Virus record (IMG/VR): IMGVR_UViG_3300020050_012045
Coordinates: 64,001 to 128,000 of that record
Strand: one strand, 5' to 3'
Origin: a virus
Taxonomy: Duplodnaviria > Caudoviricetes
Length of the DNA stretch: 64,000 bases
Below are positions 1-9,283 of the stretch, one piece after another. How positions within the stretch are numbered: the stretch's first letter is position 1; each line of letters begins with the position of its first letter. The notes under the pieces are model-generated. The model was given only the letters and a program-made list of their open reading frames with translations, had not been told where the DNA came from and searched no databases. Both the position numbers and the translations under genes were made by a program.

Positions 1-2
1 TT

Positions 3-239
3 TACTATCGCTGTGGAGTCCAAACCATTGGTGACGGCATAAGCAGCCGTTTCAACGATGACGGCATAGACACTCTTGGAGCTGGGGTGGTAGCCGAGGG
101 GTGCGTTTCTCGCTCAGGCGACGGTGACGGCAGCTACCGTTGCTTTTACGAATCCAACGATAACGGTGAGGTGGATGCTGTTGAGATCTCATTTTACTAC
201 CGTGAGGATGAAATGGAAGACGAAGAGGATTTTGAATGA
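3..239 (+). CDS. 5'-truncated protein, DUF4241-like C-terminus
   Basis: Open frame from the window edge with SRSGDGDGSYRCFY motif; stop overlaps next ATG. Confidence 0.45.
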   Translation, partial: YYRCGVQTIGDGISSRFNDDGIDTLGAGVVAEGCVSRSGDGDGSYRCFYESNDNGEVDAVEISFYYREDEMEDEEDFE

Positions 240-685
240 AGGCACTGTTCCTCGACGTGGATGGCGTCTTAAAGACAACTGACGAGCAGAACCTTGAGAA
301 CTGGCATAACCCCGGTCAGTTTAACCAGGACGCATGCCGTAACCTGTCCATAATCATCCGGGCAACTGGGTGCAAAATCGTTATCTCATCTTCCTGGCGT
401 CGATACCATAGTCCAAAAGAGATGGAAGAGTTCCTGCACCAAAACGGTGTTCTGGAAGCGGAAGTGATTGGAGAGACCGAGTCCCATATGCCGATTCGCG
501 GGCTTGAGGTCAACCGATGGGTACAGCTCAATAAGCCTGAGCGGTACGTCATTATTGACGATTACAGCTTGTCGGAATGGCTTGCAAGTCAGACCGAACA
601 TCTGGTAATTACAGATCCAGATCGGGGTTTAAGTGACCTTGATGCGATGCTGGCAATTGCCATTCTTAATGGGGAACAAGCATGA
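236..685 (+). CDS. HAD phosphatase, Swiss-army-knife RNA repair type (HAD_SAK_2-like)
   Basis: FLDVDGVL, IVISSSWR, RGLEV and YVIIDD motifs. Confidence 0.85.
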   Translation: MKALFLDVDGVLKTTDEQNLENWHNPGQFNQDACRNLSIIIRATGCKIVISSSWRRYHSPKEMEEFLHQNGVLEAEVIGETESHMPIRGLEVNRWVQLNKPERYVIIDDYSLSEWLASQTEHLVITDPDRGLSDLDAMLAIAILNGEQA

Positions 686-786
686 CGTTTATCGCAGGGG
701 TATTCGCGGGTTGGTTGGCTCTTTTTCTGTTCAAGCTCGGAATGTCGATTTTCAACCAGTACATGGCTCACAGGGATGAAGAATGA
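682..786 (+). CDS. small membrane protein (34 aa)
   Basis: ATGA overlaps at both ends; single hydrophobic helix. Confidence 0.6.
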   Translation: MTFIAGVFAGWLALFLFKLGMSIFNQYMAHRDEE

Positions 787-1283
787 GTGTCGCTTACAAG
801 GACGTCGTTGTTGGGCAAGTGTACAGCTACAGCCGTAATCTTCAATGCATCCCGCTAATTAAGAACGTGGTGGTGTACGACACCCAGACCGGGGAAGTCG
901 TGACTCACAAATCAGGACACTGGTTTCTGGCACTGGTTCATCCAATGAAGTTTAAGTTAAGTCAGGACAGTTACCAGCGTATTGATGGATCGGAAGATGA
1001 CTTCGATGGGTTTTGGCGGATTGAGTTGTTCAAAAACTATTCAGTCAACTCGACCTGGGATGACCACCTAGCTCAAATAGAAGCAACTGCCAAGCAAAAG
1101 CTAAAGAATGAGAAGGAAGCGGAGTTCCAAAAGATTCAACGCGCTTTGATTAACAAAGTCCTCATAGACGACTTTGACGTACACTGTAACTGGGTAGAGG
1201 ATGCGTGGACACACAAGGTCGAGATCCGAATGAGTGCGGATGACATGATGAAAGTCCTGAGGCTGAGGCTGGAGGACAAATGA
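783..1283 (+). CDS. hypothetical protein
   Basis: 166 aa ORF, ATGA-coupled. Confidence 0.75.
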   Translation: MSVAYKDVVVGQVYSYSRNLQCIPLIKNVVVYDTQTGEVVTHKSGHWFLALVHPMKFKLSQDSYQRIDGSEDDFDGFWRIELFKNYSVNSTWDDHLAQIEATAKQKLKNEKEAEFQKIQRALINKVLIDDFDVHCNWVEDAWTHKVEIRMSADDMMKVLRLRLEDK

Positions 1284-1489
1284 AGACTGAATACATGGGC
1301 TGGGGTACATACAGGCATTACGACAAAGAGACAGATTTAGTCTACGTTGTCGATGCAATAGACTCCCTCGACCTTCCAGAGGAAGCTATCTTGGCTGAAG
1401 TTGAAGAGAAAATACGCAATGCTATTCTGTGTGTGAAGACGTCAATGTCAATCACTACCACAAGAGCCGCCGCCAGGAAGGGTCGATGA
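1280..1489 (+). CDS. hypothetical protein
   Basis: ATGA-coupled, GGAGG RBS. Confidence 0.65.
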   Translation: MKTEYMGWGTYRHYDKETDLVYVVDAIDSLDLPEEAILAEVEEKIRNAILCVKTSMSITTTRAAARKGR

Positions 1490-1836
1490 TTAAGAAAAAC
1501 AGCCTGAAGGATAAAGTAACTCAGTGCACTCAGAGAATGAGCGCTTTGTCTTTGAATGATGTACAGTACCCAAGGTACGAAAAGCTCAGGAACCTGCTGA
1601 GTTCGTCTAAGTCGTTTGAGGATGCGGTCAGGGTTACGAACGACCGAGCTTTGCGTAAGTTCTTTATTAGAGCCACTTCGCCAGAGAATACGGACGAAAT
1701 CCTGTGGTCGCTTATGATGCTGATTGACATGACTCTGACTGACCTAGATGCGGCCAGAGAGCGAAGAAATGCTAGGGTGAGAAAGAATAGGAAGGCTAGG
1801 ATTAAGAACCGACACGGAACCCGCAAATCTCAGTAA
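1486..1836 (+). CDS. hypothetical basic protein
   Basis: Start re-called to ATG 1486, which overlaps the upstream stop. Confidence 0.65.
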   Translation: MIKKNSLKDKVTQCTQRMSALSLNDVQYPRYEKLRNLLSSSKSFEDAVRVTNDRALRKFFIRATSPENTDEILWSLMMLIDMTLTDLDAARERRNARVRKNRKARIKNRHGTRKSQ

Positions 1837-2057
1837 GCAGCCCACGCAGTGTCAAATTCGCCACACTCCATCCCGAAATCAACGTCATCGAAATCTTCGG
1901 TTGTAGCCAGAACTTGCTTCATGCGACGGCGGTAAGCTCGTTTGGTTGCCAGCTTAATGTCGCGAACATGGCTAGAGTTCTTCAGGGTTTGGCGAGCTTT
2001 GCGGAGCGAGGTCATCGTGGTGCGAGCGCTTGAACCGTGAGCCATGGTAGCCTCCAT
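1830..2057 (-). CDS. small protein with basic N-half and acidic C-half
   Basis: ORF directly downstream of a sigma70-like promoter. Confidence 0.6.
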   Translation of the reverse strand: MEATMAHGSSARTTMTSLRKARQTLKNSSHVRDIKLATKRAYRRRMKQVLATTEDFDDVDFGMECGEFDTAWAAY

Positions 2058-2063
2058 GCAGAG

Positions 2064-2091
2064 ACAATATCAGAACTTACTTATTTGTCGA
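2064..2091 (-). promoter_or_regulatory. sigma70-type early promoter
   Basis: TCGACA-16-TATTGT with TG extension; ATG 6 nt downstream. Confidence 0.55.
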
Positions 2092-2586
2092 CTTCTTTTT
2101 CGGGCGAGGTCCACTTTTCTTGCGGCGGTCGACCTTGACTTCAACTTCAGCCATCTCGTTCTCGGGCTGGCCTTCTTTGGTCTTGCGTTTGAACTTATCC
2201 ATGAAGATTCTTGCTAGGTCGATACCTGTCACGTCACGAATGTTTTCAAGGATGCTGACCGCTTCTACGCTAGCCACCGAGGCAGCAATCACCCTGGCGA
2301 TAATCGGGCTTTCGTTACCAACCAGGCTATCCATGGCGAAACCAACTAAAATAGCCAGTTGGTAGCCAAGGGTTTTACCGATAGTGTTACCTAGGGCTCG
2401 TGAGCTGAACTTCTCTTTTTTGGAGCGAAGAACCTTCCACACCCCAGAGAACAGGTCAGCAAATACCAACGCACCAACAATCAGCAGTAGCGATTGAATT
2501 GGAAGCACAACGGTCCAGCCGACCGCCAAAACTGCGGTTCCCAGCTCCCAGAACGACTTGCCGAACAGCTCAAGAAGTTGCTTCAT
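2077..2586 (-). CDS. phage holin (holin family 4 / toxin-secretion-lysis type)
   Basis: Three TM helices, DLFSGVWK and EAVSILENI motifs, basic C-terminal tail; start re-called to MKQLLEL. Confidence 0.75.
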   Translation of the reverse strand: MKQLLELFGKSFWELGTAVLAVGWTVVLPIQSLLLIVGALVFADLFSGVWKVLRSKKEKFSSRALGNTIGKTLGYQLAILVGFAMDSLVGNESPIIARVIAASVASVEAVSILENIRDVTGIDLARIFMDKFKRKTKEGQPENEMAEVEVKVDRRKKSGPRPKKKSTNK

Positions 2587-2596
2587 TGTCGACCCG

Positions 2597-3013
2597 TTAT
2601 CGCTGCTTACGGACTTTGACGAGTACGGTTCCATCAGTACCCTCAACAACAACTCTCATGAATTTACCGCTTACTGGGGCGGCAATACGCAATGGAGCAT
2701 TGGCGTTCCAGGAGTGTTCTTGTTCGTATAGTGGAATGGTAAGTTCTGAGCCGGATGGAGTGGCGCCGGTCGAATACTGAACAGGGTCAGCTGACCAATG
2801 GCCGCCAGTTGCCGCCGTGTTGTCTGAGCCGATGCTATCGTCTGACCATTGGATTTTGACCCGAACGGTTCCGGTCATCCCAGACGGACAAACCACAACC
2901 ATTGCTTGGACCCAAGTGTCAACGTTAAGACCGTCTGAGCTAACAGGGGTGCCAGACAGCGTTGTGCCGTTGAGGAGGATGTAAACGTTATCAGGCATGT
3001 TAACAATAGCCAT
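2597..3013 (-). CDS. virion protein, beta-sandwich
   Basis: Beta-rich ORF at the end of the late operon. Confidence 0.6.
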   Translation of the reverse strand: MAIVNMPDNVYILLNGTTLSGTPVSSDGLNVDTWVQAMVVVCPSGMTGTVRVKIQWSDDSIGSDNTAATGGHWSADPVQYSTGATPSGSELTIPLYEQEHSWNANAPLRIAAPVSGKFMRVVVEGTDGTVLVKVRKQR

Positions 3014-3026
3014 AAATAGTCCTTAA

Positions 3027-4046
3027 TTAAGCAAAAGCTTGATTGAAAGTTGCAAGGTAGTTGGTGCCGTCCCAGTAGAGTCGGATGAGGTCCATTGCGT
3101 CGTTGGCTACGGAAATTGTAGGAGCTGTACCGCCAGGCCATTTAACAGTGGCAGGCCAAGTGATGTTTCGGGCAACAGACCCTTGGGTCACTTTGACTGT
3201 ATAGAGCCCGCCAGAGATTGGGTTAGATAGCGTAACTACAACTGTACCTGTTGCGCCCTGGAGGTCGATAGCCTGGGAAGCACCGTTATTCCAGTTTAAC
3301 GTAATTGTGGTACCAGCAGTAGTTTGTGTGGTGAACTGGGTAAGGCCGAGATTCCCGGCAATAGTGCTTTGGAGACCGGAAGCTACAGTGAATGAACCAC
3401 CAACAGAAACGTTTAGACCGTTAAAGAAAGCCGCTACGCCGTAGAAGTTCCAGAAGTCACCAACAACACGATTAACGTGGTCGGACTTACCGGATGTCGA
3501 TCGCCACTGACCGGACCCTAATGAAATATACTGGATTGGAGCGCCAGCCGAGGTGTAGTCACGAACGTTAACGGCATTCGGAAGGATTGTTTCGCCTGAA
3601 GCCGGATAGACGTTTACAATGTTTGTTAAGCCAGCACCGGGAGTTCCGGCGATTAAGTTATAGACTGTCCAGATTTCACCAGCTGGGCGTCCGGCTGGAA
3701 GTTTTACGCCACCAGTCCCCGAAGAGACATACGCCACCTGTGTCGTTATTTGAGTGGCCGCTGCCTGATCCGCCCCAGCAGCGGCAATTACAGCATATGT
3801 CCCGCCGAACCCTTTGCTAAAGGATACTGACTCAGCATTGTCAGTTGAAACAAATCTAAGATAGCGATTGGCCGCTTCCCCAAACCACAGAGCTTCCGCT
3901 AGGTTGTCTGGGAAAAGTACGCTGTTAGCGCCGGTTGCACCGTTGAACGTTTGTGAGGTTCCGGTGAAGGATGTAGCTGCCCCACCTCCACCGCCACCAG
4001 TGTCAAACGAGACTCGAAATCCAAGATTTCGTAATGGTATTGGCAT
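3027..4046 (-). CDS. tail fibre / decoration protein
   Basis: Gly/Thr/Ala-rich; C-terminal ITWPATVKWPGGTAPT fibre-tip module. Confidence 0.75.
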   Translation of the reverse strand: MPIPLRNLGFRVSFDTGGGGGGAATSFTGTSQTFNGATGANSVLFPDNLAEALWFGEAANRYLRFVSTDNAESVSFSKGFGGTYAVIAAAGADQAAATQITTQVAYVSSGTGGVKLPAGRPAGEIWTVYNLIAGTPGAGLTNIVNVYPASGETILPNAVNVRDYTSAGAPIQYISLGSGQWRSTSGKSDHVNRVVGDFWNFYGVAAFFNGLNVSVGGSFTVASGLQSTIAGNLGLTQFTTQTTAGTTITLNWNNGASQAIDLQGATGTVVVTLSNPISGGLYTVKVTQGSVARNITWPATVKWPGGTAPTISVANDAMDLIRLYWDGTNYLATFNQAFA

Positions 4047-4069
4047 TCAAACCCCTAGTTGTGCCCGGT

Positions 4070-4077
4070 AAAGATTG
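4070..4077 (-). promoter_or_regulatory. putative late promoter CAATCTTT
   Basis: Recurrent motif, 23 nt before ATG 4046. Confidence 0.65.
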
Positions 4078-4086
4078 CTATGGGGG

Positions 4087-4818
4087 TTACGGGGCGTCCG
4101 TTACGATATCACCCGCTACCATATTAACCATCGTTCCGCTGCTGGATGTAAGTGTCGTATCAAGGAGGGTGTTGAAGGTGTCGCCGTCACCGAATTTGTA
4201 CCAAGCTTTTAAACCTGAAGCTAAGGAGTGAGTGGTTGGGTTGCTTGGGGTACCGCCGTTATAGAGTTCGGTAGCGGTAGCGTTACCGAAGTTGACCCCG
4301 CTCCAGAACGTCACATTGGTGACCCGCTGAGGGAGAAAACCCGCTGGCGTTCCGCCGTCATCAGCCGCCCCAACGTACCAAGAGGAAGCAGTAGTGACCG
4401 CAAAAATTGAAGTGGTGCTATGATCAAGGACGCCATCTACCCACACTCCAAGCGTAGGGGTTCCGGCGACGTCATGGACGGCAGTCAACAAATGGTGCCA
4501 CAATCCGTCATTGTATGTGCCGCCATAGCTGATTCCGCCACCACACCAGACAGCGAGTTGGCCGAACAGGAGCTGGGCGCCCCACTGATATTCGGACAAA
4601 TCTAGGTTTGCTTTTGAAAAAATCCAGTTACCAAAGGCGGCGTCAGTGCTTTTGAACCAAACCGATATAGCGCGACCTGTACCGTCATTCACTGCCGGGG
4701 ACATACCGACAGGGTTACCCAGGTTGACATAGTCATTAACCCCGTCAAAGTCGATTGACTTAACAGCGGTGTAACCACTCTGAGGAGGTACGCAAACAGC
4801 TAGAGCACCTGGCAGCAT
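4087..4818 (-). CDS. LamG/concanavalin-like lectin virion protein
   Basis: SIDFDGVNDYV, ISVWFK, NDGLWHHL and WVDG LamG motifs. Confidence 0.85.
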   Translation of the reverse strand: MLPGALAVCVPPQSGYTAVKSIDFDGVNDYVNLGNPVGMSPAVNDGTGRAISVWFKSTDAAFGNWIFSKANLDLSEYQWGAQLLFGQLAVWCGGGISYGGTYNDGLWHHLLTAVHDVAGTPTLGVWVDGVLDHSTTSIFAVTTASSWYVGAADDGGTPAGFLPQRVTNVTFWSGVNFGNATATELYNGGTPSNPTTHSLASGLKAWYKFGDGDTFNTLLDTTLTSSSGTMVNMVAGDIVTDAP

Positions 4819-5318
4819 TATGCCCCCGTGTCCCCGCCTAGGGTTACGATTGCACTGGTTCCACCGCTGTTTGACTTGCAGGACAACATACCCATAGCGT
4901 GGATGCCGGCTGACTTAGTATGGGACTGTCTATTGTTTATGGTTGCGCCACCGCTAAACGTGATTTGGCCAGAGCCACCTTGTTCCCACGAACACTGAAA
5001 TCCCGCCACCAGCGTGTTGGGGACTGTGACAGCGATAGGGGAGCCGTTGGTAAAGGTGATGTGTCTGCCGGCATCTGATGCTGCGATTGTGTACGTGGTG
5101 CCTATTTCTGCACGGACGTTAGCTATGTGACCGCTAATTTGATTAGTGTCAGAAACCGTTATGCCAGAAGCTTGAACCGTCGAGCCGCCAGTTCCATCAG
5201 CACGCAATAGCACGTTATCCGTGCCCCCCGTCGAACCACCAATGGTGCCCCCGCCGCCAGCACCACCACCAGTATCAAACGAAACGCGAAATCCAAGATT
5301 TCGTAATGGAATTGGCAT
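4818..5318 (-). CDS. short fibre / decoration protein
   Basis: N-terminus identical to that of 3027..4046; TYTIAASDAG module. Confidence 0.75.
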   Translation of the reverse strand: MPIPLRNLGFRVSFDTGGGAGGGGTIGGSTGGTDNVLLRADGTGGSTVQASGITVSDTNQISGHIANVRAEIGTTYTIAASDAGRHITFTNGSPIAVTVPNTLVAGFQCSWEQGGSGQITFSGGATINNRQSHTKSAGIHAMGMLSCKSNSGGTSAIVTLGGDTGA

Positions 5319-5326
5319 TATTGCCC

Positions 5327-5566
5327 CTACTTGTAGGAGCTAAAGATTGTTTGTAAGTAGGTTAGGGACAAATGTCCGTAAAAGAACAAAAAACGCCACA
5401 GGTTGAACTTAAGGTAGCCGCCCATGTACTTGATGTACACGTAGTCAGCAAACAGCTGTTTCTTGGATAGTGGCCAGGTATTTACCTTGATTTTCCACAA
5501 ATGCTTCCTTTTGGGGGAGCACTTAGACAACCAGAGCTGCCAGGCATGGACTTGACGTTTTAGCAT
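5327..5566 (-). CDS. hypothetical small aromatic/basic protein
   Basis: TGATG-coupled to the upstream gene. Confidence 0.55.
   Translation of the reverse strand: MLKRQVHAWQLWLSKCSPKRKHLWKIKVNTWPLSKKQLFADYVYIKYMGGYLKFNLWRFLFFYGHLSLTYLQTIFSSYK
5342..5349 (-). promoter_or_regulatory. putative late promoter CAATCTTT
   Basis: 23 nt before ATG 5318. Confidence 0.65.
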
Positions 5567-6609
5567 CAGGTCACGTCTTTGGTGACGTCAATTCGCTCAG
5601 ATCCGGTCATATCCGCAACGATACGGTCCTTGGTGTCACCAAGATCACGGAATGTGACGATAGCGTTTCCGCCACCCAAGTCTTGGATAGTGGTCTTGCC
5701 AGCAGCTACAGCGGCCAGGAGCCGCATGACTTGCTCAAAGGTGAATCCAGACTCAGAGATTGCGCCCCAAACGGCATCGGCTACGTTAGCCGTAGTCAGG
5801 GTTCCACCTGTCACACTGATGTTGGCGCTAAGCTCCCCGCTAGCAAACGGAGTAGCCGAAGTTGTGCTTGAACCAAGTAGACTGACAACCATGTTGGCGA
5901 TTGCTTCGGTAGCAGCAGTCAGGTTGCCGGAACCAACCAGGGCTGCTGCGGCTTGAAGTGTACCAAGGAGGCTCGCAGACAGAACGCCCGATCCAACCAA
6001 GTTAGCAAGAGCGTTAATTGTGGCCAGAAGGGTCGCTGCTGTAATCGTACCTGAACCCGTCAAGTTGGCAACAGCCGCAAGCGTCCCAACCATACTTGCA
6101 CTCAATGTGCCAGATCCGGCCAGGTTGGCGAATGCATTGATAATGAGTTCAAGAGTAGCTAAGGTGATAGTGCCGTTGCCGGATAGGTTGGCGAGAGCTT
6201 CAATTTTGCCGACAATATCAGCCGTCAAAACACCAGATGCAGTCAAGTTGGCGAATGCAAAGATAACTAGTTCGAGTTCCGCCTTGGTAATGTCCCCTAC
6301 ACCAAGCAACGCAGAAATAGCATTCAGGCCACCAGCTAAGTTAGCTGCCGTGACATTGCCCACACCTAAAATTCGATTTCGTGATGCTAGGCCGCCAGAT
6401 TTTTGTGCCAGCTCTCGGGCGTACGGATGAACATAACCTTCAGGTACGGCAGCTCTGTCGGTAACTCCGGTAATCGAAGCTTGACCGTAAGCAAAACGCC
6501 TTCGTGCACCCGGAGAGTACCAGGTGTTGGGCGAAGCAGTGTAAGCGCTGGCCCCCTGCATAAGCAGGGGGCCAGCGCTTAACTTCATACCATTACCGAT
6601 TAAGGCCAC
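5566..6609 (-). CDS. repeat-containing virion protein
   Basis: About 9 tandem 19-20 aa repeats of the form A.ANL.GSG.(L/I)(T/S)A. Confidence 0.75.
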   Translation of the reverse strand: MALIGNGMKLSAGPLLMQGASAYTASPNTWYSPGARRRFAYGQASITGVTDRAAVPEGYVHPYARELAQKSGGLASRNRILGVGNVTAANLAGGLNAISALLGVGDITKAELELVIFAFANLTASGVLTADIVGKIEALANLSGNGTITLATLELIINAFANLAGSGTLSASMVGTLAAVANLTGSGTITAATLLATINALANLVGSGVLSASLLGTLQAAAALVGSGNLTAATEAIANMVVSLLGSSTTSATPFASGELSANISVTGGTLTTANVADAVWGAISESGFTFEQVMRLLAAVAAGKTTIQDLGGGNAIVTFRDLGDTKDRIVADMTGSERIDVTKDVT

Positions 6610-7764
6610 TTAGCCGCCCCAGCCGTATTCAAGAGTACCTAGGAAGGGTGACGCGGTTGTAGTTGCGCCAGTCCCGAACAATAACCAAGTCAAGCACGCA
6701 CCGTCTTCGATCTGAGGCAAAGACACAAGCTGTGACCGCAAGTCCCGTTCTGCGAGCAAGCCAGTTACAGGTAACACAATCTCAGCAATAGGTTTGACGA
6801 TACACAAGGCGACGACACCAGTACCTGTATACGCAACGCCACCAGACCAAGTGAAAGATTCAATAGATTTGATTCCTGTGTCCGCCGCTTGCTTAGGCAG
6901 GAAAGCGCCGTAACGACCCGTTGCGTTGCCCGAGTGCAAAATACGTGTCGCATAGGCGTCAGCTGCTGCGCCCATTGATGGCGTCCCCTGGAAAGCCCGC
7001 GTGTTTGTTCCGGCTTGATTTGTGTAAGACGAGGCGGTCAAGTTCGGGCCGCCAGCCGTTGGTGCTGTCTGCACAACAAAAAGAGCTTCGCATCCAGCTC
7101 CGTTTGGAGAACGCTGCTGAATCGTCAATGTATGGGTACCAGTACCAGCATCCGTAAACGCAATAACCGTGCCAGCAATTGCGTCAGCCAACGAAGCAGC
7201 TACACGAGCCGTAGTCGCCGAAACCCGAACTAAATAGTAGTCGGTAGCAAGTGATAATCCAGTCGGCAACGTTGTAGTGGTCGTGAACTGAACTTTCGTA
7301 AACGTACTAAAATCGTTCGTGTAGGTTAACAGCAACCCACCAGAAGACGAAGCCGTGAAGGTATTGGTGTTAATCAAAACACGAGACCCTGTGCCGGTCA
7401 CGTTGGTCGTGCTAAGACGATAGTACCCTTGAAGATCCACGAGCATCGCAACCCAAGGCGCACCTGCGGCTGCAACCATCATGGATTTCATTGATAAAAG
7501 GTGCTTAGTTGCCGAAGGTCCGACAACACCACCATGCTGTGGTCCGATAACGACGGTTCCATCGCCGGATGTTTCCCAGCAGGATTTATACACGAGATCG
7601 GTCCCCGGAAAGGTGCCTGCATTGGGGTAACCGTTCAACCCGGTTAGCATATGCCAGCCGCCAGCTGTATGTACAGGAGCAGTGGATTTGAATGTATCAA
7701 TCCGTCCACGCTTAGCGTTAACGGTCATTTGATTCAGCATGTCGTCGTCAGAAGTATAGCCCAT
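6610..7764 (-). CDS. virion structural protein (paralog of 7768..8619)
   Basis: Shares GPFL..ADTGI.S, LVKPI and IEDGA.L motifs with its neighbour. Confidence 0.75.
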   Translation of the reverse strand: MGYTSDDDMLNQMTVNAKRGRIDTFKSTAPVHTAGGWHMLTGLNGYPNAGTFPGTDLVYKSCWETSGDGTVVIGPQHGGVVGPSATKHLLSMKSMMVAAAGAPWVAMLVDLQGYYRLSTTNVTGTGSRVLINTNTFTASSSGGLLLTYTNDFSTFTKVQFTTTTTLPTGLSLATDYYLVRVSATTARVAASLADAIAGTVIAFTDAGTGTHTLTIQQRSPNGAGCEALFVVQTAPTAGGPNLTASSYTNQAGTNTRAFQGTPSMGAAADAYATRILHSGNATGRYGAFLPKQAADTGIKSIESFTWSGGVAYTGTGVVALCIVKPIAEIVLPVTGLLAERDLRSQLVSLPQIEDGACLTWLLFGTGATTTASPFLGTLEYGWGG

Positions 7765-7767
7765 GGA

Positions 7768-8619
7768 TTAACCCCAAACAAAAGTGGCGTGTGCCGTTAA
7801 AGTTCCCGCAGCCACAGTTGCAGCGCAGTTCATTATGAAGTTGAGATACGCACCGTCTTCGATACGTTGCGACATTGGACGTAAGCCGCCGTATTCAAAC
7901 TCAGAACAGGTGTTAATTTCGTAGATAGCAGCGTCGACAATCGGCTTGACTAAAACCAGCGAGGTCAACCCACCGTTCAGCACGATATTTTGGAACGACG
8001 TGACCGAACGAATCCCGGTGTCCCCGTCAGCTAGACGCAAGAAAGGGCCCATACCGGCAGCAACAGCTGGTTGCGACGTAGCAATAGAGGAGATACCAGT
8101 GCTCGCCGTTGTGTACGAAATAATTGGTGACGTTTTTGTTACGCCGTCTTGGTTCACATATGTAAAAGTAAATCTGCCACCACCAGTTGTAGGAGCCGCT
8201 GCAACAAGCATCGCCTGAACGCCAGCACCGGACGTATAGCGTGGCAAGGTTACGGTATTGTCCATGATCTGTAAGTCACCGTCGTCTCCGTCGATAAACG
8301 GGTAGTACAGACAGTAGTCAAGCAATGCGTACCGTCCCACAAGCCCAGCTGTAGGCGTGCACAAAGACAATCTCTGTAGGTAAGTGTAGGCAGGTGATTT
8401 ATCACTACCGTGGTTCATTCCTCGTAGGCCATCGAGGGTTGCGGCCACTAGAGGTGCGGAGGCGTAGTAGTTAGGTGGGGGATTACCAGACGACATGGAT
8501 AGGTCCACCCACCACCCAGCAACAGTTGCTTGAGAAGGAGTCTTGCGGTAGGATGTGTATGAACAAGCACCGCTGAGAAATGCGTCCCCGTACTCTCTCC
8601 AGTTTGCAAACCCAGCCAC
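7768..8619 (-). CDS. virion structural protein (paralog of 6610..7764)
   Basis: Same shared motifs; located in the late operon. Confidence 0.75.
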   Translation of the reverse strand: MAGFANWREYGDAFLSGACSYTSYRKTPSQATVAGWWVDLSMSSGNPPPNYYASAPLVAATLDGLRGMNHGSDKSPAYTYLQRLSLCTPTAGLVGRYALLDYCLYYPFIDGDDGDLQIMDNTVTLPRYTSGAGVQAMLVAAAPTTGGGRFTFTYVNQDGVTKTSPIISYTTASTGISSIATSQPAVAAGMGPFLRLADGDTGIRSVTSFQNIVLNGGLTSLVLVKPIVDAAIYEINTCSEFEYGGLRPMSQRIEDGAYLNFIMNCAATVAAGTLTAHATFVWG

Positions 8620-8622
8620 AGG

Positions 8623-8826
8623 TTACTTCCTGTCCCAAAGAGAGGAGAACAGCTTCACAAAAGCGTCTTTGACACTCTTGGTGTCGGTGCCACTCGCCCC
8701 GCCTTCGCCATATGCCGTGGCAACCATGTGGGCCAGAACCCCAGCGTCATTGTGACCGCAAGTTCGGGTTATCGAGCCGTCAACGTAACTGACAGCCGCT
8801 CCACATTGTCCACAGGTATACTTCAT
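8623..8826 (-). CDS. small Zn-ribbon-like protein
   Basis: CxxC...CxH; GAG RBS. Confidence 0.6.
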   Translation of the reverse strand: MKYTCGQCGAAVSYVDGSITRTCGHNDAGVLAHMVATAYGEGGASGTDTKSVKDAFVKLFSSLWDRK

Positions 8827-8839
8827 GAGAGGTAATAGC

Positions 8840-9274
8840 TCAGGACTCTGTTACGGTGAGAGCAGTTGCCGAGAATTGAGGCTGAATCGTGTTCGCAACA
8901 GCCAAAGAAGCGGACAAGGCGCCAGCATACAAGACGTTACCAGCACCAGAAGATGCGGTTCCGATTGCAACATGAGTCACGGTGCTGCCTGTCACACCAC
9001 ATTGTGGGAATTGGACCAGGGCGACGTTTTCTGTTGAGCCAGACGACGGAACAGCCCATCCACCAGTGGTGCGTGCCACAGCGATTCGGGTGTAGTTGGT
9101 GTAGGCAGTCTCGTTGGTCAACTGACTGTTGCCAACGCCTGGATCTGCGGTATGAAGCGACAGATACAGGTTAGTTAAAGGAGCTGACGTGTCGTTTTCG
9201 GCAATGTCAGCCCATGCAGTCGCATTGAAAATAAGAGCCAGAATTTTATCACATGTTAACGTTGATTTTGCCAT
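8840..9274 (-). CDS. phage tail/baseplate-associated structural protein
   Basis: LYLSLHTADPG...Y.R.AV motif common in phage tail proteins. Confidence 0.7.
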   Translation of the reverse strand: MAKSTLTCDKILALIFNATAWADIAENDTSAPLTNLYLSLHTADPGVGNSQLTNETAYTNYTRIAVARTTGGWAVPSSGSTENVALVQFPQCGVTGSTVTHVAIGTASSGAGNVLYAGALSASLAVANTIQPQFSATALTVTES

Positions 9275-9283
9275 TGTGTTTCC

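Noticed and set aside
3027-5318. Diversity-generating retroelement or invertible fibre cassette
   Set aside because: The shared sequence is a short direct N-terminal repeat with synonymous changes; no reverse transcriptase, invertase or adenine-specific variation seen
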